Below, piece after piece: positions 23,780 to 37,082 of a DNA stretch of 64,000 nt. Within the stretch, counting starts at the first letter, position 1, and each line of letters starts with the position of its first letter. The translations under genes were made by a program, and so were the position numbers. Below the pieces are notes generated by a model, which ran no database searches, had not been told where the DNA came from, and worked only from the letters and a program-made list of their open reading frames with translations. The stretch comes from Octopus sinensis (Eukaryota). The stretch is from contig NC_043000.1 in assembly GCF_006345805.1 (NCBI RefSeq), positions 131,688,001-131,752,000 on the forward strand, in the 5' to 3' direction.

Positions 23780-24011
23780 AAAGGCGGCGAGCTGGCAGAA
23801 ACGTTAGCACGCCGGGCGAAATGCGTAGCCGTATTTCGTCTACCGTTACGTTCTGAGTTCAAATTCCGCCGAGGTCGACTTTGCCTTTCATCCTTTCGGG
23901 GTCGATTAAATAAGTATTAGTTACGCACTGAGGTCGATATAATCGACTTAATCACCTTGTCTGTCCTTGTTTGTTCCCTCTATGTTTAGCCCCTTGTGGG
24001 CAATAAAGAAA
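23780..24011 (+). mobile_element. Full-length SINE-A
   Basis: aaggcggcgagctggc head to aataaagaaata end. Confidence 0.92.
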
Positions 24012-24024
24012 TATATATATAGAT

Positions 24025-26384
24025 TAATAATGATATAGAATGTGAAAGTTTTGGGGTAAGATATGGAGTAAGCAAGAACAATATAATAGTGCAGCTGAAT
24101 GGCTCTGCAGCCTGAAGCAAACAGCTTCTTATCCCCAGCAAGACGCTATTCACTTCACAAAAGACAGTATCAGAAATATGAGTAAAAAGAGAAGCATTTG
24201 CAAAGCAGCAGGATCTGATGGTGTGTAGGGGTTATGGATAAAAGAAGTTCAGTAGGTGCTATAAATTGAACGCAAAGCAATGTAATGCATTGATCGATGG
24301 AGAAGAAGAAATCCCGGGATAGCCGGCAAAAGGACGGACAATGTTGTGTCTGAAGGATGCATCAAATGGAAATGTTGCCGACAATTGCAAGCCAATTTCT
24401 TGCCTCTCGTTAATGTAGAAGTTACTGTCAGAAGGAATTGCAGAATTGTACAAATTTTTTGATGAGGACGATATGTTACCGACGGAACAAGAAAGTTGTA
24501 GGAGGAGTCAGAGAGATACCAAAGACCAATTATTGAGAGACACAATTGTAATGCAAGATTGTAAACGAAGGAAGACAAATTTGGGAATGGTCTGGATTGA
24601 TTATTGCAAAGCTTATGATATGATTCCACATTCGTGCATCATTGAGTGCTTAGATTTTTTTGGAATTGCGAGGAATGTAACGTGTTTTCTGAAGAGAAGT
24701 ATGGTGGGGTGGAAAACTGGGTTGAGATCCTTGGGGTTCCTAGGCATCAGAAGTGGAATTTTCCAAGGTGATAGCTGATCTCTGTTGGTTTTTGTTCTCT
24801 GCATAATCCCTCAGGGTTATTAGCTAAGGGGAAAATCAGAAACAATCAACCACCTCCTCTTCATGGATAATTTGAAGCTGTATAGCAAGGATGAGGCACA
24901 AGTGAGTTCTTTGGTGAACACGGTTCACTGTAATAGTGCTGATATTAAAATGGAATTCGAACTCAAGAAATGTAGTATAATGTACCTGAAAGGAGGCAAC
25001 GAACAGTCCCTAACAGGGATATAATTACCAAATAGAGAACTGGTTAAACAAATTGAAAAGGAAGGCTACAAACACGTTGGCATACTGAGTTCAACGAAAT
25101 CATACAGAAGGAAATGAAACAACTGAAGATGGAATGTTTCCGAAGACTGAAATTGGTGTTGCGCTCAAAATTGACCGGTTGAAATAAAAATCCAAGCAGT
25201 TAACACAAGGGCAATAGCGTCACCTCAGTATGGAGCTGGAATCATAAAATGGCAAAAGAAAGAACTGGTGAACATGGATACGAAGACAAGAAAAATATTG
25301 ACAGTGCACGGAGCCTTCCATCCTAAGATTGACAACGATAGGCTGTACTTGTCCAGAAGAAGGGGTGGGAATGGTTTGAGCGGTTGCCAGGATTGTATTG
25401 AAGCAGAGGAAAACAGCTCAGGGTGGTATGTAAAAAACAAACACTGCGGAACCAGTCCGGCGTCATCAAAATTCATAATTGTATAAAGAAAGAAAAGCTT
25501 AGAGAGGAAAAGAACACAATAAAAAGAAGCAGCATGGAAAGAGAAAAAAATGTTCGGTCAGTTTGCAAAAGATACTAGCGCCAAGACAGAAACAGAAGAC
25601 CGGTATCTATGGATGATGTAGAGTGACTTAAAAATAGAGACAGAAGCACTCATATGCGCAGCTTGAGAACAAGTGTTAAGGACCAACTACATAGAGTGAA
25701 GAATAGACAACACTACTGACAGTGATAAATGCAGAATGTGTGATGAGAGGGGTGAAACGGTATGGCACATCTTTAGCGAATGCGTTAAATTGGCATAACG
25801 CAAATACAAAAGATGATTTGACAACATGGCAAGAATGATCCATTTGGAGCTCTGTGGAAATCACGGCCTACATAGAGCAAAGGCGTAGTATAAGCAAACC
25901 GCAGAAGTCATCGAGAATGAAGATTGCAAAATCCTGTGAGATGCAATGATACAGTGCGATCGCCTGACCAGACATCGGAAACCTGACACTGTTGTAGTGA
26001 ATAAAAAAAGGAAAGGATATGGATGATAATCGGCATACCATGTTCCGGTGACAACGGGATCAAAGAGAAAGAAGAAAAACTGAACAAGTATGAGGACTTG
26101 AAGTGGGAAATACGAAGGTTGTGGTCAATGAGAAGAGTAGTTGTGATACCAATAGTAATTGGCATACTCAGAAGTATCAGCACTCAACTACCAACATGGC
26201 TGAAAAAGATTGGTACAAATGTAGAGATAGAACACCTATAAAAATCAGCATTGCTTGGAACTGCAAGAATTCTTTGCAGAGTTCTTAAAGCTCAACCAGT
26301 AAGCAAGTGTCACCTTAGTCTGTTGACTGTGGACAGCTGACACTTGCTTTCATACCCAGCAAAATAAGCTGAGAGTTTTCATCA

Positions 26385-26386
<2 letters not shown>
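24025..26386 (+). mobile_element. Decayed R4/Dong-like LINE (RT, CCHC, RLE) with (AAT)n tail
   Basis: WIDYCKAYDMIPH, GIFQGD, LLFMDNLKLY, CRMC..ETVWHIFSEC, RHRKPD, KLNKYEDL, VIPIVIG; (AAT)n at 26387-26455. Confidence 0.92.

Positions 26387-26455
<69 letters not shown>
26387..26455. repeat. (AAT)n microsatellite; dozens of other (ACAT), (CA), (CT), (CAT) and (TA) tracts occur across the window
   Basis: Read directly from the sequence. Confidence 0.98.
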
Positions 26456-26457
<2 letters not shown>

Positions 26458-26967
26458 CTCATGGCTTCTGATCTTAACTGATTGGAAGTGTTATCATGTA
26501 CATTGTTTTGTCTTGGTATAAAAGATAGGCTACAGCAAATATTCTGCTCAATACCACAGATTTGCTTGTCAGTTGTTTGACCTTAACCAGTTGAGCATGT
26601 CCCTTAGTGGCTGATGATATGCAGAAGTAGTGGGGGAGCATCATAGCCATGTGTTGAGAGGGATTCTTTGGGGTTTGAATAATTCACCTCTGGAAACATG
26701 GGTGGTTCTTTCAACATCCTTAAACAACCCTTATTCAGGAACCTTTTGAGCGGGATGGGCTACTCAACCTGAAGAAAATTTTAACTGGGCCCCACCTGCA
26801 AGGTCATGTGCTGTTTATCTTGATATGAGATCACCATGTCGCGCACATATGGTTGTGATGCATGTGCCTGGTGTACCTTTATCAGACGGGTAGTCATGAT
26901 GGGTATATTGGGCTTCGTATATTTTACCCCAGTGTCACTTTGATGGCATGCACTGCTCTCTCACTCA
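26456..26967 (+). mobile_element. ~510-bp (AAT)n-bounded module, copy 2
   Basis: Homologous to 7905-8470. Confidence 0.82.
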
Positions 26968-27003
26968 ATAATAATAATAATAATAATGGCCTACCAATGT
27001 ATA

Positions 27004-27230
27004 CTCTGAGTTTCTTTGCCCTAGGAGTCGGGAAGACACTCGGCAAGAAATGGAAGCAAATTTGAAAGAGGAAAAAAAAAGTAATAATAATAACAATAAT
27101 TTTTTTTTCCACTTCTTTCAAATTTGCTTCCATTTCTTGCCGAGTGTCTGCCCTAGGAGTCGGGAAGACACTCGGCAAGAAATGGAAGCAAATTTGAAAG
27201 AAGAAGAAAAAAAATAATAATAATAATAAG
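27004..27230. repeat. Direct-inverted-direct triplication of a ~55-bp motif with AAT tails
   Basis: gccctaggagtcgggaagacactcggcaagaaatggaagcaaatttgaaaga at ~27020 and ~27150; inverted partial copy at 27112-27149. Confidence 0.9.
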
Positions 27231-27231
27231 G

Positions 27232-28258
27232 ATCCTACCAAAACTTACCATAACAAGCATGAGAAGACATCAAAATAGCAGACCTAAGGATGACACTCAC
27301 GAAAGTACACAAGTGGAAATTTCCTGGTAATGATAGGGTACCAAATTTCTGGTTCGCCCCGCTCCCGTGCGCACACGAAAACGTAGTCTAGTTATTCAAT
27401 GAAATTATGAGAGATCCCACAGAAACACTGATTGGTTAGCAAGAGTTATTACTGCCCTACTCCCGAAGAATAATGAAACCAAATTTCCCCAAAACTATCG
27501 GCCCGTAACATGTATAAAATTTTAATATCCCTCGTATAAAATTTTAACATCCATTCTCATGGAGAAAACATACAAATTTATGGAACAGAACGATATTTTC
27601 CCCACTGAACAAAAAGGGTGTCGACGAGTCTCATATCAATGCAAAGACCAACTCTTAATCAATCTCATGATCCTTGATAACTATCATAACAAATGCAGAA
27701 ATCTCAGTTCTGCATTGATTGATTATAAAAAGGCCTTCGACAGCATACCGCATTCATGGATCTTGAAATCGCTGAATATCTTCAAAATTTCTCCTGTGAT
27801 TTCAAGCTTCCTGAAGCGCAACATGTCAGTGTGGAATACGAATCTCCAATTATACCATTCTAATGGAGTACTGACCACAAGAAATATTAATATCAACTGC
27901 TGCGTTTTCCAAGGTGATTCACTTTCACCCTTAATTTTCTGCATAGCCCTAATACCCAATACAAGTGAGCTTAACAAAACAGGGTATGGATATAAAATGG
28001 TGACAAGAAAATAAGTCATCTATTTCATATGGATGACTTAAAACTCTATGGCGAAGACGATAATGAGCTTGAAGGACTACTACGTACAGTGAAACCATTC
28101 ATTGATGACATTGGGATGGAATTTGGTCTTGATAAATGTGCCAAGGCCACTTTCCAGAAAGGAAAACCGAAGACCTCACATTCAGTGGTGTTGGATGTTG
28201 ACACAATCATAAAAGAACTCGAGCAGTAACAAACTTACAATTACCTCGGAATAAATAA
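27232..28258 (+). mobile_element. Second R4/Dong-like LINE fragment (RT domain)
   Basis: LIDYKKAFDSIPHSWI, FQGDSLSPLIFCIALIP, MDDLKLYG, YNYLG. Confidence 0.92.
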
Positions 28259-29089
28259 TAATATCCAAATATTATTATTTATTCTCAGTGTTAGTTATTT
28301 TATCAGTCCCCAAAGGACGTAAGGAAAGCTGACCTGGACGGAATTTGAACTCGGAACGTAAAGAGTAAAGAAAAAAATGCTGCGAAACATTTTGTCTGAT
28401 GTGGTAACGATTCTACCAGCTTTCCGCCTTAATGATAATAATCTTTTATAAATTTGGCACACGGTCAGTAATTTTCAAGGGAAGGTTAAGTCGTTTGCAT
28501 TGACTTCAGTACTTCACTGGTACTTACTTTATTGACTCCGGAGGAATAAAAGGCAAAGTTGACCCTGGCGTAATTTGACCCCAGAACTTAATGAATCGGA
28601 AGAAATACCACTAGGTATTTTGTCCGACACATTAACGAATCTGCCAGCTCACCGCCTTCACCTTAATGATAATAACAACAACAACAACAACAACAATAAT
28701 AATGTCTCCGAAAATAGAATTGGAAAGAGAAATTGAAAAAATTATTGAATTGTGCGGCAGTGAATTAATACAATGCAATCATTGAGATCTGCTTGAAGGT
28801 GTCTGGAATATTCTCTTCTGTTAATTGAACGAGGACTACAAAATAGCTCCCATTTAGCTTCTTTTTTTCTTTTTCTTTTTCCTTTTTTCTTTTATTCATT
28901 TTCATCCTTTAAAGTCAGAAATAATTCCCATTGTGGTTGAATTTTGTACGCCAACCAACTCCCTAGAGTAACGACGAGAAAAGACAATTGAATACAGTTG
29001 ACTTCATATTTTAATTTCAGTGATCATGTGATCATGTTTATCGTACACAACATGCTATCGATCGATTTATCTATCTGTCATTCTACCTC

Positions 29090-29153
<64 letters not shown>

Positions 29154-29439
29154 TAGATTTGCTCATCTATATTTTTTCGTTCTATCTTGTTTTTTCCCGC
29201 CCTCATTCACTATGTGGGTGTCTGTATTTCTTTCTGTGCTTCACTTTTCCTTGTGCATTTATCTTATAGTTCTGTCTATTGATATCCTTATTTTCAACTT
29301 AAGAGATTTAAATAACAAAAATAAAGCAAGTTTGCACGAAACAGAAAGATTACTAATAAATTGAACAGAGATGAAGCTGAAGAGATCGTGTGAGAAGAAG
29401 GAAATTCTGTTGATGGTTCTGACAAGAGAGAAGTGTGGT

Positions 29440-29880
29440 TTGGTCTGAAGACATGGTTTGAGCCCATAACCTTTAAAGTTCTTCTAGGAAGGCGAGGTTG
29501 ACATAATAGGTGTTCTTCAATAAAGGCGTGTTGATGGCAGCCAGGAAAACAAAAACATAGTCAGATAGGGAATTCCAGAGAGATATTGTAGTGGAGAAGG
29601 ACTAAGCATAGTGCTTACTACACGGTATGTAAAGGCGAGACATAGTACGGATGGCAGGAAGAGAAAAGACGAATGAATTGGGTTGACACAAGATCATCCA
29701 GATCATAGAAAAAGAGGCCTCAATAACAGTGGACGAGATGGAGTAAGGAGACAGCACGTTTGTGGGCCAAGGGCTGGAGTGTGTCGATGAGTGACATTAG
29801 TTGAATTGGTAGAATCAAAGCGACTCCAGCCAATCAGTTGAATAGCCTATTGGTGGAATGTAGTCAAGGATGTCTGTAAC
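29440..29880 (-). mobile_element. CR1-group LINE 3' fragment
   Basis: LQPLAHKRAVSLLHLVHCY, HPYYV and LWNSL motifs. Confidence 0.7.
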
Positions 29881-30074
29881 TGTCACTAAAAGATATAAAC
29901 ACACACACACACGCGGCCATACATACAACAGGCCTCTGCACACCAAATTCCACACACAATGTATGGGTCAACTGGTTGTAAAGTGACCTTCTTAACCCCA
30001 CCACTATACTTGTAGCCATTCACAAACATACACTACACGTATGTAACTATTATATTTTCTGTTTATTAACTCAC

Positions 30075-30359
30075 AACAGTGTCATTTCACTAATGGAAAT
30101 TAGAAATGTCCAGAAAGTAGTGATCAGCCTTTTTAAACTCAAGAGTAGCTGTAGAATTCAGATATTTCCAAAAGTTCCAACATTCCTCGTGCACTGAGTT
30201 ATGATGCCTTAAATTTAACAGCTAACTGCAATTATTTTTGCACCAAGATAAATCATGAAAACGAGCAGAAGTTTAAAGAATTATTACCTCTTTGGGTAAC
30301 AAAGAGAATCTTTTCGCAGTGCAAAGATATGCGGGATAGGAAGTAACGGGATAACGCAT
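30075..30359 (-). pseudogene. Candidate first two exons of gene 2: 30288-30359 (MRYPVTSYPAYLCTAKRFSLLPKE) and 30075-30225 (two frameshifts)
   Basis: ATG in a CpG-rich patch, AG|gtaata donor, 62-nt intron, gtgagt donor. Confidence 0.3.
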
Positions 30360-30639
30360 GAGGACGCGTCATTGACATACGGGAGTGAGAGAGAGAGAGA
30401 ATCTCTATTGAATGCGTAACGTTAACTTTCATGAAAAACGATGCACTAATGAATTGGGCAAATAATTGGACAGTAAATGAGTGCAGAAGAGACAGTTGTT
30501 ATAGTTGGGATATTTTATGTAACGGGACAATGTGCTAACAATGGAATCTATCCAAAACAGAGAAAAATCATAAGAGTCATGGGGAAATATCCTCATCATC
30601 CCCATTATCATCATCATCATCATCACCAACCTCATCATC

Positions 30640-31345
30640 AACATCGTTGTTTTAGCATCTTCAGTGTTTGAAGAGCAACCATCTTTTCACATATTTCATC
30701 ACCTTTACAAAATCGAGAAAAAATGGCTAACTTAGCGGATGATGTAATGTCCATACTTTCACCAATACAAATAGAAAAAAAACTTACATGAAGACAAATC
30801 TTTTGTCAGTTGTTCAGAAGTATTCTTCTCCAATTTAAATATTCTATCCTTAACTGTTTTCCTACTCACAGACAATTCTTTAAAGCACTGAATAACCTTT
30901 TCCTTTTCTGAAAAATTGTTAAAAAGGAAAGGTGCACACTCTAGCCAAGCTTCTTTAATATACTCCCCATCACTGAGTGGTTTTCTACGCTGGGCAATAA
31001 CGTTTGAAACCTCAAAACGAGCAGTAACTAAGTTGGAACTGGGCTTGCCCAAGATAAAGATTATAAAAGTATCAGCCTGTTTTTTATTTGTTTTACTGAG
31101 TTCACGAGGAATTAATTCTCTTTGTTCATCTTCAGTTTTATTGCTTAAGTTCTTATGGACACTTTCAAAATGCCTTTTTACAGAAGAGGTTCTACAAACA
31201 ACAGTTTCGGAACAGAACATACATAATGCTTTATTGTCTCTCTTAATCATACCAGAATTTTCAGTCCAGTATTTTTGAAATTCTCTACTAACCTCTTCAG
31301 TTGAATGACATCGTTTCTTAGCTGGTGGTTCTGATATTCTGCACA
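30640..31345 (-). mobile_element. hAT transposase fragment (Buster/SPIN/GTF2IRD2-like)
   Basis: ALCMFCSETV..VKRHFESVH zinc finger, KPLSDGEYIKE, SRKTVKDRI; frameshift, then SICIGESMDITSSAKLAIF. Confidence 0.88.
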
Positions 31346-32445
31346 ATGTATAAAGGGCAGAAAAAACATACATGAGATAATGATTATACGTGAAAAAGGA
31401 GGAAGAAGAAAAGTAAAATATTATTAAGTGATTAATAAGTTTGCTCAAACTACTTTACTTTTTATTAGTTTTTTAATTAAAGTAAATAAAATAAGATAGT
31501 TTGCTATCCCCACAAAATAGTAGGAGGGGAGTGGCACAAAGATCAGTAAAGAAATTTTGAATAAGTAGGTGAGGTGGTTGTTTTGTCAACAAATACCAGT
31601 TTCAGAGGCTGAAACCAAAACATTGGTTGGGTCTGAGAGGAGATCATTAAATAAAGGTAGGCCTAATTTGTAATGTAAAATGTATCTGAACAATAAAAAG
31701 TCGCTATATACTATTGAGAGAAAATCGTTAAATGGAGGGTTACTAGAGAGAGGGTTTCATGTGCCTGAAACAAGGGGTTGCTCACTATTGGCCTAAAATA
31801 TATTATAAAATACCCACATTTAAAACAAAATTGAAAAAAATGTTTATAAACACATAGCCCACAAACCCTGCCTCCATAAATCCCTATGGTTTAAATTTCT
31901 ACAATCAATTTACAGATAGAACAAAGGACCTCCAGTGAGAAATATACTGACCAACATACTACCCACATCCTCTTGTGAACATCAAAAAATTTCTATACTA
32001 ACAACACCTTGAAATGCTTGAGTAATAACCTACACCTTCTAAATACAAACACACCCTAATTAACATCAACAGCAAGTAGATGAACTTACTGGCCAGCTAA
32101 AACACGCAACCTTCTTACATCCTTTTGTAAATCATTAGAAATTTCAGTACAAAATATGCTGAGACACCTAATTACTAAGTTTTTAAATGCTTGACTAAAC
32201 TTTCAAATTTATATTGCTAGAACAAAGGATTAAATCCAATAAAACCAAAAGTAACAAATACTAAAGACTGCCATATATCACATATATTACATATATCACA
32301 TCCACTGACATATATCACATATATCACATCCACTGACATATATCACATGCCTATTTCCTTTTTGTGAAGCACTAAAGAACAATTCCATAACCTTAAACTG
32401 TCATACCTAAGTATGCACACTTGTTTAGGAAGTTCTACATGTATA

Positions 32446-32654
32446 CTCGTTTACTCTTTTACTTGTTTCAGTCATTTGACTATGGCTATGCTGGAGCAAC
32501 GCCTTTAGTCAAGCAAATCGACCCCACAACTTATTCTTTGTAAGCCTAGTACTTATTCTATCGGTCTCTTTTGCCAAACCACTAAGTTTCGGGGATGTAA
32601 ACATACCAGCATCAGTTATCAAGCGATGTTGGGTGGACAAACACAGACACACAA

Positions 32655-32697
<43 letters not shown>

Positions 32698-32882
32698 AAA
32701 AATATATATATATATACATATATACGATGGGCTTCTTTCAGTTTCTGTCTACCAAACCACTCACACGGCTTTGGTTGGCCCGAGGCTGTAGTAGAAAACA
32801 CTTACCCAAGGTGCCATGCAGCAGGACTGAACCCAAAACCATGTGGTTGGTAAGCAAGTTACTTACCACACAGCCACTCCTA
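32446..32882 (-). mobile_element. SINE family B
   Basis: Family head, core and tail. Confidence 0.9.
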
Positions 32883-33127
32883 CGCCTATATGAATATATT
32901 CTGAAGAAAAACATAACCCCAAATTTAATCAAGACATTTCTCCACAACACTCCATTACAACTTAACTTACAACTAATTGCCATTCAACTGAACCCCACAA
33001 ACCCCTAGAAAAATTTTATCACAACAGAAACTAAATAAAGCCAAGATTAACTGAATACATCACAGTCCAATGAGGGCTTAACCGGCCATAACTTTGAAGC
33101 CACTTTCAATATTATTCTTGATAAAGA

Positions 33128-33180
<53 letters not shown>

Positions 33181-33767
33181 CATGTGTGTGTGTGTGTAAA
33201 TATTTATACACACATGCACATACACATACATACGTTTTGGTTTGCGTTATGAATGGCATTCAGCTGTAGAAATCTTGTAAAAACTGAGACATTGGAATGA
33301 AATGTGATCTTCCGACCTGAAAAATCCTGTCAAACCATTTTATCTATGCCAGTATGGAAAGCCTAGCAAAAGCTTTTACATACATACTTATATATTCACC
33401 CAAAATCTAAGCCTGTAATAGAGAATAGTTACACAAGGTGTTGCACAGTGGGACTGAACCTGAAACCACCTTGTTCCAAAGTGAATATCGTAACCACAAT
33501 CGCTTTCATATGCTTCATATGGAGTTGCTACATCAAAGGATGTTAGTCCTTATAAAGATAACTGGAGTAATAACAAGCAAACCTCATGGAAATCATGCCA
33601 ATAGGGAAAATTGTACATTAACACAATAAAGAAAGAAGACTGCATAAAAAAGAGAGAAATAAATCCTCTCAAATAATAAAAAAGAAAGAAAAAATAAGAT
33701 ATTGTTTTTCGTTTTTGGATTTGGTTTGCAAGATCCTTTATATGAGTTCGTATGTTGAAGCATATTC

Positions 33768-34004
33768 TGTTGTGTCTGGGGAGAGTCATTTTCTTTTTGT
33801 GCCTTATAATGTAACACATACTCACCGGTAAACTTTCCACTTATTTCTTATTTTTATTTTCCTAAAGAGTCAAGACTATTGAAAAGGTTGCAAGACGCAA
33901 CGAAAATTTTAGGAAAATAAAAATAAGAAATAAGTAGAAATTTTACTGGTGCGTGTGTTACATTATAAGGCACAAAAAGAAAATTACTCTCCCCAGACAC
34001 AACA
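33768..34004. mobile_element. Foldback MITE, ~100-bp inverted arms
   Basis: tgttgtgtctggggagag..cctaaa / tttagg..ctctccccagacacaaca. Confidence 0.85.
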
Positions 34005-35230
34005 TAAGATATTGTTAGTTTTCAGATTCAGTAAAGCAGCTAATTTGAGCCATTGAAGATAGGCATGATTGCTGTTTTCGAATATATATAAGTAAACTAA
34101 TATCCACTGACATTTGCTTAAGAACTCAATTTAGCCCAAATGCATGGATTGTCTGCAGACAATACTATAAAAACAAAGAACTCTCAATTACTTTCAAATA
34201 TTTTATTAACATAAATAAATGGTGCACCTGAGCTTGTGGTGCACCTGAGCACTGTATACAATAATTTCATTATTTTTTTTAAATAAATGTCTTTGTAATC
34301 TGTTTCATTTTCTTTTCTTTTATTCTAACAAATTTGAAATTAACAATGTGAAGTGATAACAAACATTTGATTACACAGAAATTTACAATTAAAAATTGAG
34401 CTGTTTCCATTTGTTAAAAATATATATAAACAATTGAAGGGGTCAGATACTTCTGTATAAAATTGTAAACCCCAAAATTTATACCAGTTAGGATTTAAGT
34501 CATTTTTTCCTAGTTTCTTCACAAGCAATATCAGGTTAAAACTTGTAACTGGATCTTTGTGTGTGTGTGCGTGAGAGAGAGAAAGAGAGAGAGAGAGTGT
34601 GTGTATATAAGTATGCATGCATGTATGTATGTATGTATGTATGTATGTATGTATGCATGCATGCATGCATGCATGCATGAATGCATGTATGTATGTATGT
34701 ATGTATGTATGTATGTATGTATGTATGTATGTATGTATGATGTGAAATCATGGAGTACACTGAATGAAAAATTACCTCGGCCATTATGATATGATATTTA
34801 AGTTCTCCCAACATTTAATTGATACCCGTAAAATCAGACAGTCACAAAGTCTGAATAATCTCAAGAGATATCCCCTTAAAGTTGCAAAAGATAAACACAC
34901 ATTCAGGCATCCCACACACACACACACATGCAAGTACACACACACAGATAAACAGATACTTGTGTTCATTAGATTCATCAGACCAGTGGAGTAGGTTTCA
35001 CTGAGGAGACATACAACAAGGTTGAAACACCACATCTCAAAGTCCCCTTCACACTGGTGAAGGGTGTATGTTACAAACAAACATCATTTAAAAGGAGGAG
35101 GTGTTCTTTGATGAAGAAATACATCAGTGATTAGACATTCACGTTTGAATCTGCAGGAATGTATTAGAATGAATTAACGTGCTATTGTTCAGATTCTCAC
35201 TTTTTTGTATGCACCCCACGAATTATTATA

Positions 35231-35649
35231 CCATAAATTCCGAGCTATAAGCCGCTACTTTTTTCCCACACTTTGAACATTGCGGCCAATACTGTGGTGC
35301 GGCTAATGCATGTTTTTTTTTTTGTCATGCCATGAAAAACATTTTGCCTCGCAACAGTAGACCAATCAAATTGATGAGTAGGTCACAGAAGTCCAATGAA
35401 ATTGGGCGATAAATCAAGAGAACTTTCACAATTCAATATGTGTTTGTTTATTCTACCATACGGATTAAATTTAAAAGTTTAAAAAATCTTCACATGTAAT
35501 ATCTTTCTGTGTAAATATTTCATATTACAACGTTGGATACTTGCGGCTTAAAATCCAGGGTGGCTTGTACAAGTACAAAATTGATTTTCTTTCCAAAATT
35601 AGAGCATGCGGCTTTTAATCAGGTGTGCTCTGTAGTCCAGAATTTATGG
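35231..35649. mobile_element. pogo/Tigger-type MITE with TA TSD
   Basis: TIRs TA|ccataaattccgagcta and tagtccagaatttatgg|TA. Confidence 0.82.
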
Positions 35650-36184
35650 TATATCTATTCATATACAGATATGTATACATTATCTACATGTATTAATATC
35701 TGTAGAGGTTGGGGTACATATTCTTCAAACCAATTCAACTGGCAAGAGGCTTAGAGGTATACATAGAACAGGATGGTTGGAAACTATACATGGTATCAGT
35801 TGGTCATGCTTGGGAATCCAAGACTCTATGGAGGAAGTACCTAGGGACTCTAACTCCATGACCATACAAGGAACACTGGGCAGAGAAGACAGATGGCTAT
35901 ATAAATACATAAACACACACACACACATATATTATCATCGTTGTAATCATTTTATGTGCACTTTTCATGATGGAATGGACTGGGGAGTTGGACAGATCAT
36001 CACAGTCTGAGTTGATTATTTTTGCCTGTCAAGGCAATGTTGATGGATCTATATTTGTGACATAGCTTCTATAGCTCAATGCCCTTCTGAAAACTATTAT
36101 ATATATATTCACTATGTGTACCCTCCTTGTAGAATAGATACACTGCGTTTGACAATGCAATAAGACTAAAAGTGAAAGGAACAG

Positions 36185-36235
<51 letters not shown>

Positions 36236-36837
36236 TTAATGTCCGCTTTCCATGTTGGCATAGGTTGGACAGTCCGACTGAAAACTGGTAACCCAGGGGG
36301 ACTGCACCAGGTTCCGATCTGATTTGGCAAAGTTTCTACAGCTGGATAACCCTTCCTAATGCTAACCACTTACTGCTAGGTGTAATAAGGCACATGTATA
36401 CAACAAAGCACCCAGCCCAGGGACACAATATAATGCTAGTATTCATCAGAAAAATAATTTTAACCTATATAAAATAGAACAACACTTTTTCCCACACCCA
36501 TCTGTTTATTTTTCAAGTCATTTATATTATCGAAAAGCAGTCTGATCATACACTATTCATAATTATTCTATAGAGACATGTGCAGATATGTATATATACA
36601 TAAAAGAAACATACCCACACACATACCATACACGCTAAATGTGTGTTTGTATTGGAAGTAAACCTACTACTTCAATATGTTGAGTTGCTGAAATCCAGTT
36701 GAGATATGACTAATGACTTAAGCGCTATGGTAGTAAGAATCCAAACCAAATATATACAATTTTTCACAAGAGTTGATTTGAAACTCAGATTATTATGTAT
36801 AAAGAGTTTTGACTGATTCCATACTCTAATTAGCACG

Positions 36838-36889
<52 letters not shown>

Positions 36890-36960
36890 CATATGTATTT
36901 CTGTTAATCATCACTTGAGAGTAGGAAAATTGTTCTTGAGAGGAAGGATTCAGTCTCAGG

Positions 36961-37082
36961 TTAGCTGGGAGATAAATATTTCTTGTCGATTTCGATGCGA
37001 CGAAATTTGTTCCTGAAAGCACAGATAACTGGAAGTACACAAATGACTGCGGTCAGTAGTGTCCAGTTCATCCATGATACAC
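36961..37082 (-). CDS. SLC49A4: SLC49A4-like terminal exon VSWMNWTLLTAVICVLPVICAFRNKFRRIEIDKKYLSPS*
   Basis: tatttcag acceptor, TAA at 36961-36963; SWMNW..FR...RxxxD resembles human SWFNW..FRESYDRLYLD, which favours SLC49A4 over FLVCR1/2. Confidence 0.93.
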
